A DNA stretch of 64,000 nucleotides, from positions 68,076,001 to 68,140,000 of the forward strand of contig OX597820.1 in assembly GCA_951406725.2 (NCBI GenBank), in the 5' to 3' direction. Positions 13,717 to 27,069 of this stretch are shown piece after piece. Every line of letters begins with the position of its first letter. Within the stretch, counting starts at the first letter, position 1. The notes below the pieces were generated by a model. That model was not told the DNA's origin. It saw only the letters and a list, made by a program, of their open reading frames with translations, and did no database searches. This DNA comes from Octopus vulgaris (taxonomy: Eukaryota). Both the position numbers and the translations under genes were made by a program.

Positions 13717-13965
13717 ATGTGTGTGTGTGTGTGTGTGTGTGTATGTTTGTGTGTTTTTTTTCCCCCCCCAACATCGCTTGACAACCGATGCTGGTGTGCT
13801 TACCTCCCTGTAACTTAGCGGTTCGGCAAAAGTGACCGATAGAATAAGTACTAGGCTTACAAGGAATAAGTCCTGGTGGTCGATTATCCCGACTAAAAGC
13901 GGTACTCCAGCATGGCCACAGTCAAATGACTGAAACAAGTAAAAGAGCAAAAGAGAGTAAAGAGT
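13493..13965 (+). mobile_element. Family A SINE, full length
   Basis: Same head, core, internal (TA)n(TG)n and tail as the other copies. Confidence 0.9.
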
Positions 13966-14284
13966 AAGTAATTCTTTGACGCTCCTCTTGTGAGAATTAC
14001 AGCGAATCTTCAATTGAATATGCGACGCTTTTACTCATCAACTACCTACCATTTACAATTGATAAAAGCAATAAATGGTGAGTTTTTATGTTTAAGAAAA
14101 CATACTCAGATGAGAAGAAAATAAGAATTAGCGTTAATTTTTGTATCTTGATTGTATAAGTTATTATTTTCCACTAAAAGCATAAAACATCGTTTTTTTT
14201 TTTAGCTGGGTGTGTGGGTGATGTAGTCGATTGTATAGACCACAATGCTCAGTCGGTACTTGTTTTATCGACCCGGAAAGAATG

Positions 14285-14435
14285 AGATGGAACTACTCAT
14301 TTTTTTCCAGTTCAGTCAACTGGAGCAACATTAAATAAAACGTCTTGGTCAAGGACACAGTGTACTGTCAGGTATCGAACTCAACACCTTTCGTTCTTGA
14401 GCCGAATACCCTAACCGATTAGCCACGTGCCTTCA
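14285..14435 (-). mobile_element. tRNA-derived SINE fragment (family D; related copy at 20895-21140)
   Basis: The - strand reads GAAGGCACGTGGCTAATCGGTTAGGGTATTCGGCTC...GAGTTCGATACC...GTGTCCTTGACCAAGACG. Confidence 0.65.
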
Positions 14436-14475
14436 TACATACATACACACACATGCATGCATACATACATACGCA

Positions 14476-14528
<53 letters not shown>

Positions 14529-14538
14529 ACACTGACTG

Positions 14539-14687
14539 ACATATTTATATACTAACGTTTACGCAAGAAAGGGCTGATAGTGACTTCGATGTTTCGGATT
14601 ACAGGCCTTCTTCAAACTGATGAAAGCTTGCAAGCCGAGACGTCGAAGTCACTGCCAATCTTTTCTTGTGAAAGTTTATGAATATGT
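14539..14687. ncRNA. Diverged inverted repeat containing two outward-facing hammerhead motifs (family F4)
   Basis: + arm CTGATGA-A-AGCTTGCAAGCC-GAGA-CGTCGAAG-TC; - arm TTGAAGA-A-GGCCTGTAATCC-GAAA-CATCGAAG-TC. The flanks are also inverted-homologous. Confidence 0.65.
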
Positions 14688-14776
14688 ACTCTATTGAAAA
14701 GAACGAAATAAACCTGCAGTTTAAAGTTAAAGAAAATTTAACATAAAAAGCAGACGTTAATATATACATCTATGTA

Positions 14777-14968
14777 CGGGGAGAATTCACAAAAAAAACC
14801 CCAAAAGACGAAGACAGGTGTTGTAGACAACAAACAGATATATTAGTATAACGCTCGGGAAGTGAGAAAGTCTTTAACGTTTCGAGCCTATGCTCTTCCA
14901 CAGAAAGGAACACAGAAAGAAACAAGGAGAGAAAATAAAGAATGTGTAGTGGCTAACGATTTATCATG
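14777..14968 (-). mobile_element. Family F1 short element with hammerhead-like motif (14871-14908)
   Basis: Reverse complement CCTTT-CTGTGGA-A-GAGCATAGGCTC-GAAACGTT-AAAGA. Confidence 0.65.
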
Positions 14969-15094
14969 GCGAATGTGTCTATATAAACACATACATCTAT
15001 GTATGTGTGTATATAGACACAAACACATACACACAAACGCACACAAATACAAACATACACATATACATTTACGCGTGTGAGTGTGTGTGAGTGC

Positions 15095-15137
<43 letters not shown>

Positions 15138-15219
15138 TTTATGTGTGTGAGTGTGTGTGTGTGATTGCGTGAACAAACGAAAGAAGGGCACTCAACAAAT
15201 TTATTTGGAGTTACCTGTA

Positions 15220-15391
15220 TGGATCAAAACACTTTGATTCAAATTCGTTGGTACTCTTGAGTTTCAGGTGTGATGCTAGTCGCCAGGTATTTTGAATTTG
15301 AATTCAAATTCAAATTCAAAATAGCTGACGACTAGCATCACACTTGAAACTCAAGAGTAGCAACGAATTTGAATCAAACTGTTTTGATCCA
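15220..15391. ncRNA. About 170-bp palindrome with two hammerhead-like motifs (family F5)
   Basis: + arm CTGACGA...GAAA-CTC-AA-GAG-TA (15325-15359), mirrored on the - arm, with a (GAATTT)/(AAATTC) repeat centre. Stem II pairing is weak. Confidence 0.55.
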
Positions 15392-15483
15392 CACACACAC
15401 GCGCGCGCACACAAATATATAATAAGCAAAGTAACTAGTTCTAAAATCTGAATAATAGATGCAAATAGCAACTTCACTGAAAT

Positions 15484-15690
15484 GTAGTGCTAGTTGCCAC
15501 TTCAACATAGCTGTTCCGTATTGAACTATCAACTACTCTTTTTCAAACCCAGGAGGACACCTCATTCAGCTGGCTAACGACACAAAGCCTGTGCCCGATA
15601 TATTCCGGGCAAGGCAGCGAACCCCTAGGAGGTCTCCTTCTGGGGTTAAAAAAGAGTAGTAACTGTGTTAAAGTAGCAACAAACATTACT
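15484..15690. repeat. Diverged inverted repeat with internal GC hairpin
   Basis: ACTACTCTTTTTCAAACCCAGGAGGACACCT vs AGGTCTCCTTCTGGGGTTAAAAAAGAGTAGT. The outer arms also pair. Inner hairpin GCCTGTGCCCG...CGGGCAAGGC. Confidence 0.7.
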
Positions 15691-15913
15691 TTTCGATTTT
15701 GGATTTGGTTTGCAAGATTCTTTATATGAGTTCGTGTGTTGAAGCATATTCTGTTGTGTCTGGGGAGAGTAATTTTCTTCTTGTGCCTTATTATTTAACA
15801 CACTCACCGGTAAAATTTCCAATTATTTCTTAATTTTATTGTCCTAAAATTTTCGTTGGGCAGTTATTCTTTAATCACTGTCTAGCCTTACTCCTTGTTG
15901 ACTCTAATTTCTT

Positions 15914-15983
<70 letters not shown>

Positions 15984-16059
15984 GATGTTTCCTGTGGCTA
16001 AATAACAGTAACAATCGCCCTAACCAGCTCTGCCACATTATATATAATCACAAGTAAAA

Positions 16060-16418
16060 TGTCCCCCCCCCCGTCCAATGGAAGGTGCTGAGTTTTCAAA
16101 CATTTAAACCAAATTTTCTCAAAACAACTTGTTCGATCGTCCCATAGGTCTCCCTTTTGAGAGACACTGATTTAACCTAAATTTGAGACACCAGCAAAAG
16201 ACGGTTTACGACTGATGTACTTGCGCGTACAAATGCACGTTCCCACGGATTTATCGATCGCATTCTCACCTGGAGTCGATTTTTGTAATTTTGCAAGACT
16301 TATACACGCCCTGATACCGTCGGTATTTACATATCAAATTTGAGCGCAATCGGATGGAGGATGCCCGAGATCCTTGAAGACACGCAGACAGACAAACAGA
16401 CAGAACGGATTTTATATA

Positions 16419-16422
<4 letters not shown>
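16060..16422 (-). mobile_element. Helitron-like non-autonomous element, 5' portion
   Basis: The - strand reads TATTATATAAAATCCGTTCTGTCTGTTTGTCTGTCTG...CCGATTGCGCTCAAATTTG, typical of Helitron/DINE-like 5' ends. No 3' CTAG end was seen. Confidence 0.55.
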
Positions 16423-16456
<34 letters not shown>

Positions 16457-16463
16457 ATGTATG

Positions 16464-16498
<35 letters not shown>

Positions 16499-17990
16499 GC
16501 GCGTACACGCACGCACATACTGTAAGCTCTGCGAAAGCTCCCGTCTTGCAGGACATTGAAAGGCTATGGACATGAACTTCTTTCTCTAGATCAAACTTTA
16601 AAACAAACAATTAAACAAAAAAAAAAGCAAGAAAAAAAATAAAAGAAAAAGCAAACAAAAATCTGTCGCTGGTGCTTCGGCTGTTGGAATTACACTGGAC
16701 ATTATGTGAAAAAGGAAAAAGAAAAAAAAAACCAAAGAAAAACATTAAAATAACTACTGATAATTGTCTCCATGTCTTGCCACTTGAAAAAACTATTGAT
16801 GAGCAGGTGTTAAAGAATGTTAAACACCTCAAGTGCACGATTTATCCCCCCATTGAAGAAAATTGAAGAAAATATGAATTGATCTCTATAGCAAGCCGTG
16901 CAAGTCGTACGAACACTTTACAATAAAGTAAGTCAGTAGTATTTATGAAAACAATGTAGATACGTAGAGTAAATATCATTATATTATATATCACGAAGGA
17001 TATGATTATTATTATTATTATTACTATTATTATTGTTGTTGTTGCTGTTGTTGTCTGTTGGGATAACGTTGGTAGGATAAATAAGCTACGTTCTCACAAT
17101 TGAAAATAAGCAATGAGGTACAGTGAAGATTGACCTTGAGTCACCTCGGTTAGTGAAGCAGCAGAGGAAACGAGAAATTAATAGAGATATACTAATGGGT
17201 TGACAATGCTTTATTGAAAGCATCACAATGGAAAGCCGTTTTTCAGATTTGTCTACTCAAAACCTCAACCGGGACGGAAAATGATTGTTTAACCTTATGG
17301 CTATTGAAAAGTTTTGCTATTATTATATTTGGCTAATCTATAGTAAATATTTACTGTTCAAATACTCATACATTGTATCATATACGTACGCCCCTCCTTC
17401 ACTCTGCGTTAGTCACACACATGCAAATAAAAGCAACAATAACAACAACAGTAATAATAATAATAATGATAACAACGAAGGGCAGTATCGCCGTTAATCC
17501 TCCCTGAATTGTTGCTTTCTTTAAGTAAATTTACAACGTAAACTTATCGTGTATTATGGGGCGTGTGTATGGGTGTGTTCTTGTACGCGTGATTGTGTGG
17601 GTGTATTTCAATGTGTGTATTATTTAGATGTACGGTCGCATGTTTGTGCGTTTGTGTGTGTGTGTGTGTGTGTGTGTGCGTATTGTGTGTGCGTATTGTG
17701 TGTATGCACACACACATGCGCGCACGCACGCATACATATACACATAAACATACGCACATATGTTTGTGTGTGTGTTTATATATATATATGTTTACATGCA
17801 GGCTCACATATATACATATATACATATACATATATACATATATGCATCTATGTGCACACACAAACACACACACATACACATTCACATAAACATACGCACA
17901 TATGCGTGTGTGTTTATATATATATAAATATGTGTACACATGCAGACTCACATATATACATATATACATATACATACATACATACATACA

Positions 17991-18023
<33 letters not shown>

Positions 18024-18534
18024 GCATATATGTACACATACAAACATACACACACATACACATAAACATACGCACATATGTGTGTGTGTTTATGTATATA
18101 TATTTACATGCTGGCTCACATATATACATATATGCATATACATATATGTACCTACACACAAACACACACACTCTCTCACACACACACACTCTCTCACACA
18201 CACACACGCATACCCACACGTGCACGTGCACACATATATATGTGTGTGCGTTAGCGCGTTTGTATGTATGGCATCTTATAACTATATGTCCCTCTGCTCA
18301 CTGTTTTGTTGTCTCTATGTTGTAATACCAACGTATGTGTGTAAATGTTTCTCTATATCGTGTGCTGCGTGTATTGCTGTTTGGGTAATTAATATACGCG
18401 AAACATGCGTATATTATTAAGTAGTGCCATTGTATTACTACATGTATTCAATACAATACCGTATATCAGAGTTAAATGGAGCGTACATTCAATGAAAATT
18501 TACATGGTTGTCCATGTCTGCGTGTATATATGTA

Positions 18535-18628
<94 letters not shown>

Positions 18629-19591
18629 GGTAATATCAACTTATATCTATTTAAAATGTTAGTGTAGGATTGTAAACACGAAGAGGACATTGTCACGGTA
18701 AGTATGTAAGCAAATAACCTTTCAACACAGGTGTACTGCTAAAGTTGACCTTTTTATATTTTTTTTATATACAGGGCGAACATTTCCTAAATCTTATACA
18801 CAAGTAAGTTGTAGTAAACTGCTTTATGTCTGACGAGAAACTGTCAATGTGTGTAATTGGACTTAATCAGGTATAAAAACCTATAGAAGACGTGCTGTCG
18901 TTGTGTATTCATTGGTTGAGGCTGGTGTTGCCTTCTTGCGCTGATTCAACGTGGTTAACACCAAGTATGTTTAACACCGAGCAGTAACGTTCCTTAGAGA
19001 TGCAGTGACCCTTCTAGAAAGGTGTAAACGTATATGAAGACCCTTTCAGAGTAATTTGTTACTATTTAATAGACGTCTTTCCGCTAAAAGCCGATTTAAG
19101 TCTTTCATTCATAATGCAGGCTGGCAGAGGAATTGTCAGAGAGTTAATTTATCAAAAAAAAAAGAGAAAAGGATAATATAAAATAAAATGACACAAAAAT
19201 AGACGATCTACCTAATGGACAGCCTTATTTAAACATGGCTCAGAGCTAGCGAAAGGAATAACAATTATAAAACACACAGATAAGTAATGCATCTGTTTAA
19301 CTTTGACACGTTCATTAAGACATTTCTGTGAATAGACAAGAACATGCATTCAACAACATAAACTTTGTCACAGAGACGTATAATCGCTGAAAGTGGTTGG
19401 CTAAAGTACAAAAGAGCACTACTCACTACTTAGCATTTTGTATGTGTGTATGCATGCATGTATGTATGTATGTATGTATGTAGATATATATGTATGTAGA
19501 TATATATATATATATGTTTGTATTTACATATACATGTATTTATACTAATATATACATATACATACATACATAGATTTATTCCCTAATATTT

Positions 19592-19650
<59 letters not shown>

Positions 19651-20186
19651 ATTTTTATTATTTCGTTAATGTTTTGTTCTGTTTATGTCGCCATTAAGTA
19701 TTTCTATTGGATTAAGCTATTCTATTGCTAAATACAAATATGCAGCACATTTTTTATTAGGAAACAAAAGTACAGACGGTGATCTCAGCACAATAAACTA
19801 TCAATAACTACAAGGAAATATTCATATATTCATTCTGAATTCACCAAAATTTAAGAAACTTTTGCAAAGGGCAAAATAGTTTGTTGTGATGTTCCAGCTA
19901 ACTCGCATTAACGATTTAAGGGACTCAAAATAACTACGAACAGGAAACAAAATAAAGCCGCAGATTTCGTTCGCCAAAAGAGTACAAGTGTTTGACCAAA
20001 CTCGCCTCAAGATTATAATAAATAAAATATAATATCGATAACTTCAGTTTTTTTTTTTCATATTTACCCATAGGCGCTGCTGTGTGGTAAGAAGTTTGCT
20101 TAAAAAACGCATGGTTTCAGGTTCAGTCTCATTGCGTGGCACCTTAGGCAATTGTCTTCTAATATAGCCTCTATAGCTCTGCATAT

Positions 20187-20412
20187 ATATTTCTTTACTG
20201 CCCACAAGGGGGTTAAACAGAGAGGGGACAAACAAGGACAGACGAAGGGATTGAGTCGATTATATCGTCCCCAGTGCGAAACTGGTACTTTATTTATCGA
20301 CCCCGAAAGGATGAAAGGCAAAGTTGACCTCGGCGGAATTTGAACTCAGAACGTAACGACAGACGAAATACCGCTAAGCATTTCGCCCGGCGCGCTAACG
20401 TGTCTGCCAGCT
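20187..20412 (-). mobile_element. Nin-domain tRNA-SINE (family B, tail A) nested in a family-A SINE
   Basis: Nin-like GCCTTTCATCCTTTCGGGGTCGATAAA..AAGTACCAG on the - strand, flanked by direct repeat AGCTCTGCATATA. A tail-B copy follows at 20560-20748. Confidence 0.85.
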
Positions 20413-21208
20413 CTGCATATAGTCTCCCAACCACCGCGTGATAACCGGTGTTTGTTTGTCTACGCCCTGAAATTTAGCGTTTAGGTAAAAAAATAAGTAC
20501 TGGGATTGATTTGTTCATCTAAACACTTCAAGGTGGTGTCCCAGAATGGCCACAGTCCAATCATTTCTACTACAAGCACAAGGAATGGATTTTGTGGGGA
20601 GGGGAACAGTAGTTTACATCGACCCCAATACTCAACCTAATTTATCGACTCCGAGAGGATAAAATGCAAAGTCGACCTCGGCGGAATTTGAACTCACAAG
20701 GTACTGACAGGCAAAATACCGCTAACGATCCTGTCAGCTCGCTGCCTTTAGAATGGCCACGGTCTAATGACAGTAAAATATAGAAGATCTGTTACAAAAT
20801 GATAGCTTATATATTTGGGTGTATCGATTTTACTGTAATTATTTTATTGATCTTTACGTTATTTTTTCTCAATATATTAATAGGTTTGGATGTCACGAGC
20901 CCTGGGATTCATGAGACTGGACCTTAACCCGGTCACTATGGCCTATAATTGATTGAGGTCACACTACTCCCATCTGAATGGAACACCGGTCCCTGGCAAG
21001 GTTAACTTCCCAGCTATTGGTGGAACTCATTTACAAATGGGTGTAATGGGGCAACGTGAAATCAAGTACTTGCTCACGAACACAATGCATCGCCCAGTCT
21101 GGGAATCGAAACCACGACCTGAGTTCAACACCTCTAGCCTTCTTGGTATTTGATAGAGAAAACTAAACACTGATTACTAATTTTCTACGTAGGTCCAATG
21201 AAACAATT

Positions 21209-21775
21209 ATTCTTTTCTACTCTAGGCACAAGGCCCGAACGTTTTGGGGGAGGAGGCTAGTCAATTAGATGGGCCCCAGTACGTAACTGGTACTTAATTT
21301 ATCGACTCCGAAAGGATGAAAGGCAAAGTCAGCCTCGGCGGAATTTGAACTCAGAACGTAAAAATTGGCGAAATACCTATTTCTTTACTACCCACAAGGG
21401 GCTAAACACAGAGAGGACAAACAACGACAGACAAACGGATTAAGTCGATTGCATCGACCCCAGTGAGTAACTGGCAGTTATTTAATCGTCCCCAAAAGGA
21501 TGAAAAGCGAAGTCGACCTCGGCGGAATTTGAACTCAGAACGTAGCGGCAGACGAAATACCTATTTCTATTTCTTTATTACCCACAAAGGGCTAAACACA
21601 GAGGGGACAAACAAGGACAGACAAACGGATTAAGTCGATTACATCGACTCCAGTGAGTAACTGGCAGTTATTTAATCGTCCCCGAAAGGATGAAAGGCGA
21701 AGTCGACCTCGGCGGAATTTGAACTCAGAACGTAGCGGCAGACGAAATACCGCTAAGCATTTTGCTCGGCGTGCT
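21209..21775 (-). mobile_element. Family B SINE trimeric array (tail A, tail A, tail B)
   Basis: Three units of about 180 bp joined at GAAATACCTATTTC. Confidence 0.9.
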
Positions 21776-22055
21776 TATTCTTTTACAATACACAAAATAT
21801 TTTAACGATTTTGTTATATGATTCGTAATAATATTTAACAGTAAAAGTATAATAAGATGTTTTAAAACATCGAATGTTTATGGGAGTTCAGTTGAGTAAA
21901 CTAGGAACCAAAGGAGTCCCTATGCAAAAATGAATGAGAAGCACCAGTATAGAATTATAATGTACAAACTGCCGTATCATTTAGACAGTAGGATGTGATA
22001 TGAAAAAAATCTATTCCATCCATTTTCTCTACCTATCATTCCCAAGAGGGTCGTA

Positions 22056-22226
22056 GGCGCAGGAGTGGCTGTGTGGTAAGTAGCTTGCTTACCAACCACA
22101 TGGTTCCAGGTTCAGTCCCACTGCGTGGCACCTTGGGCAAGTGTCTTCTACTATAGCCTCGGGCCGACCAAAGCCTTGTGAGTGGATTTGGTAGACGGAA
22201 ACTGAAAGAAGCCCGTCGTATATATG

Positions 22227-22283
<57 letters not shown>

Positions 22284-22502
22284 GTGTGTGTTTGTGTGTC
22301 TGTGTTTGTCCCCCCCAACATTGTTTGACAACCGATGCTGGTGTGTTTATGTCCCCGTTACTTAGCGGTTCGGCAAAAGAAATCGATAGAATAAGTACTG
22401 GGCTTACAAAGAATATGTCCCGGGGTCGAATCGCTCGACTAAAGGCGGTGCTCCAGCATGGCCGCAGTCAACTGAGTGAAACAAGTAAAAGAGTAAAAGA
22501 GT
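22056..22502 (+). mobile_element. Family A SINE, full length, near consensus
   Basis: GGCGCAGGAGTGGCTGTGTGGTAAG...GAAACAAGTAAAAGAGTAAAAGAG. Confidence 0.92.
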
Positions 22503-22514
22503 AAGAGAGAGAGA

Positions 22515-22740
22515 GAGTCTTCAGAAACTTCATCTATAGGGTTCCATCAGAAGCAGCCGTCGTTACATTTCTCGACAGATTTCTCAAGCATGACCAAACT
22601 GAAAAATATTGATATCATCCAACCATCTCGTTCTTGATGCAGTCTTAGGTTTCCTGCCGGCTGATTCTGCTTGAGGAATCCGTCTTGCGATCCTTTCCTG
22701 TCCCATTTTTAAAACGATCTCTAGCATGCATTGAATCGAT
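22515..22740 (-). mobile_element. Degenerate RTE-like LINE C-terminal remnant
   Basis: The - strand encodes KMGQERIARRIPQAESAGRKPKTASRTRWLDDI (cf. RM..ER...G.R.RGRPR.RW.D.I). Confidence 0.7.
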
Positions 22741-23025
22741 TCGCTGCCGAGTGTTACAAGTCAGGGATGATAACTAAGTCTTGCAAAGATATGAAAGACA
22801 TTTGGCCGCCTCTACACTACGACGTTAATTCATTTGTTGTAATTTCAAACTTGGCAGAAATGACAAAGCATCAGACTAACTGTCTCAATATATTTTAGCA
22901 TATCTATAAGCTGTGATCCACTTTAGAAAAGTACCATTTATATGTTAGCGTTGCATTGATCAACAGTATCTTGTATCACCTATAAAAAGTGGTCGTGTGT
23001 TTAATTAAAGGAAGTTACTTGGACA

Positions 23026-23432
23026 GGCGTAGGATTGGCTGTGTGCTAAGTAGCTTGCTTATGAACCACATGGTTCCGGGTTCAGTCCCACTGCGTGGCA
23101 CCTCGGGCAAGTGTCTTCTACTATAGCCTCGGGCAGACCGAAGCCTTGTGAGTGGAATTGGTAGACGGAAACTGAAAGAAGCCCGTCATATATATGTATA
23201 TATATATATATATATGTTGATGTGTGTATATGTTTGTGTGTCTGTGTTTGTTCCCGCAACACCGCTTGACAACCGTTGCTGGTGTGTCTACGTCCCGGTA
23301 ACTTAGCGTTTCGGCAAAAGAGACCGATAGAATAAGTACTAGGCTTACAAAGAATAAGTCCTGGGGTCCAATTTTCTCGACTAAAGGCGGTGCTCCAGCA
23401 TGGTCATAGTCAAATGACTGAAACAAGTAAAG
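23026..23432 (+). mobile_element. Family A SINE
   Basis: Full head to tail. Shares its 5' flank with the 23960 copy. Confidence 0.9.
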
Positions 23433-23959
23433 AGTATCATCTAAGCAACTTCTATCAAGTAAACAACCTCAGTTAAGAAGATTCAGTGTGGTTGGCCTCA
23501 AACCTAGGAACAGTACTTCCATTTTATCTTTGTTACCAATATCTTATTATATACGACACAAGTTCACACACCGAAACTTTACATATACACAGGCCTTTAT
23601 TGAACCCAGTGTACGAGTGTATTGTCTAAAACAACGGTTCCCAACTTATAAGGCAGGGCATAATTCTGAAAGGTTCGCGAGAACGAAATCATTTACTTTT
23701 GAATCAGAATCACAAATTATTCTACCCTAGGAATATTTGGATTGCTTCCCAACAAAATGGTTCCAAGCTCAGTCTCCTCGTCTCCTCATTGCGTGGCACC
23801 TTGGACAAGTGTCTTCTAGTTTCGCCTTGGGCCGACCAAAGCCTTGTGAGACGATTAGGTACTCAGAAGCTGGAAGAAGGTGGCGAGCTGGCAAAAACGT
23901 TAGCTCTCCGACCACTATAAAAAGTGGTCGTGTGTTTAATTAAAAGAAGTTACTTGGAC

Positions 23960-24425
<466 letters not shown>

Positions 24426-24912
24426 TAAAAGAGAGTAATTTATTGAACATAAATCTTAAGAACAAAATCTTTTATGGATTAATGTTGTAGACACACAAAA
24501 TAAAAGAGATGCTCACAGATGGAATGTCTTTAATCACAGGTCTGTTTAAACTGACCAGGGCTAAACAACAACTGTATTCAATTAATTTAGTAGCAGTTTA
24601 TAGCAGCAAAAAGCGGTTTATTTAATAACTAGTTTCTACTACTTTTGCCTCGATGTTAGTCTTTCGTGGAAAAGCAATATTACAGCTTCAGTTGCAGGCC
24701 TCTGTATTTCTAATTGAATACCCGGCACTTGAGTTGCTACCAACAGAAACGTACCAAAAATAATGAAAGTGGGTAGACGAAGTGGATAAGATATACAATA
24801 ACATTGACGGGACAGCATCGTGAAAAAAAAAAGATTAGAATAGCAATACAGGGTTAGAAAGTAAGATAGTGAGATAGATAGATATATAGGTAGATAGGAA
24901 TAGATGTATAGG

Positions 24913-24977
<65 letters not shown>

Positions 24978-24982
<5 letters not shown>

Positions 24983-25182
24983 ATCCAAACAAGAAAGTAC
25001 AAAAAAACACAACAACGCGAGGACGTGGAACAAATATAGTATTATTGGACGCTCAGGAAAGAAGGAAAGAAGGAGGGTATAACGTTTCGAGCGGAGCTCT
25101 TCGTCGGAAACAAAGGAGAAGGAAAGATCCAGAGAAGGGAAGACAGAGGGGAAAAAATCGCCAACGGTACACACGCGGTCAT
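24978..25182 (-). mobile_element. Penelope-like short element with hammerhead motif (25077-25111, family F2)
   Basis: Reverse complement GTTT-CCGACGA-A-GAGC-TCC-GCTC-GAAA-CG-TT-ATAC. Truncated sister copy at 42347-42442. Confidence 0.7.
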
Positions 25183-27069
25183 GTATATGTAAATATATAG
25201 AGATAGATAGATAAATAGAGATAGAGAGAGAGAGAGAAAGAGAGAGCAGAAGAGATTAGAAAGAGAGAGAAAAGGATGGGAGTGAAAGAGAAAACTGAGT
25301 AATTTTGAATCTTTATGAGAAAAAGCTCATCTGAATATTAGAGAAATGAGGAAAAGATTAAATAAATAAATAAATTACACGCACATGCATACACAAGAGA
25401 AGTGTTTTGTGTGTTAGCGCGTGTATATGTGTGTTTGTATGTGTGTGTATGTGTGTGTAAGAGAGAACAAGTGAGAAATATGATACAAAAGTAATTATTT
25501 GAGAAAGAGCGGCTCAAATGGAAAATATTCGAAGGTAGTGACGACGTTGCTGGTTATCCTGATTGTTACTGCTGTTGTTGAGGTGTTGTGTTGGCAATAG
25601 TTTTGGCAAGGGACGTGATGATGGTGGTGGATACGTTCTCCCTTGTTTGTTTATTTGTTTATTTGTTGTCGAAGTCAAGTGGCATGACAGCTATCATGCT
25701 TGCATCGGGTTAGCTGTTAAGCTGCTCCACCAGGACTAACTGGGCCACCAGATATAAATGACTGGGCTAAGAAGCCATCCCGCATACGCACTACATAACC
25801 AATGAAACCGTTTAAGGTTTGCACCTGCTTAAAACACTCGAGAAGTTTTCATCGTATTGTTTAAGAAAACAAAGATCTGTATGAGCGAAGCAGGAGTTGT
25901 TTCCATTTAGTTTGGCCTTCGTTAAGAGGATGTAAGAGGAATTGTCGCTTTGACGTAAACGCACCTAAGTGGAAGAAGGATGCATACAAGTGCAAGCGTG
26001 GTTCTCTATTATTAAATAGTTTAGTTTGTTCTTTATTCTACTAATGGTCATTGCATTATCTTAATATGATATTTGTGGTCTCTTTGCTACACGGTGCCCT
26101 CTTCAATGTCGCTCACCTGACAGCTACTACTAGTACTTGCAGAAACATTATAAGTGAAGCTGAGTGGTGTCGGAGTGGAGCCAAGGACAAGTGTTTATAA
26201 CTGTAGATGCTGGGCCGGTTCTATTTAACAGCAGATTTTAAAAAAAATATTTATAATAATAGGGGAGAAGAAACTATTTTTCTCGTGTAAATTTAGACAC
26301 TTCAGTGACGTATTGTTGCTTGGAGAATTCTGCCATGAAATTCGATTACACATGAAAAATTAGAAATTTTCAGCGGAAAGTTATTTCATTTTAAATATTT
26401 GATAAGCTTTCTACAATTTCTAAAATTTGAATAAGAAATGCATTTCCTACATCAACGAACATCGATGAGACGCTTACGGATATATACTTCATCAGTAGTT
26501 ATTTTAATACAGGAAATAAGAAAATATTAAATATAATTCTATAACTAAAGGCATGGTTTAAATATGTAAAAATATCAATTATCTTGATCTGTTTCTATTA
26601 TATATTTATATTTAACTTCATAAATGGCTTCAAATTACTTCGCTAGAAATGTATAAACACTTCGTGTCATTGTAATTAAGATTCAGTTGATGATTGCCAA
26701 GCTGCACTTTATCATGACAAAAATATCTCATATTGCTAATCAAAGGGTCAAATGTTCGTATACTAGTGTTGCAGGGCGCAAATGATTTAGGGAATAGACC
26801 CCGGTTTAATAGCACCACCTTGCCTTTGGATAACTTTATCGCTGACTACCTCTTGTAGGCATTCAGGTCAAATCTCTGGTTTGAGGTTAACTTCCAATCT
26901 CCCACTAGCCTTTGAGACTAAGTAAAGAGTCGAAGGCATTACCCTTCAGCCTCTGATTAAGTCATTAAAAGAAAAGAAAAATGCTTAAACTACTTAACTC
27001 TTATTTATAACATCGATTAGATTACAAAGAGGCAAAATGAGTAAGATGTTCGAAGCATTAACGAGTATA

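Noticed and set aside
17544-18420. Long ORFs of up to 258 aa
   Set aside because: Translations of (CA)/(TA)/(TACA) repeats and a degenerate tandem repeat. The same applies to most ORFs in the track.
21209-21775. Regularly spaced repeats that could be mistaken for a CRISPR array
   Set aside because: Whole ~180-bp units are repeated without unique spacers, there are no cas genes, and the context is a eukaryotic SINE.
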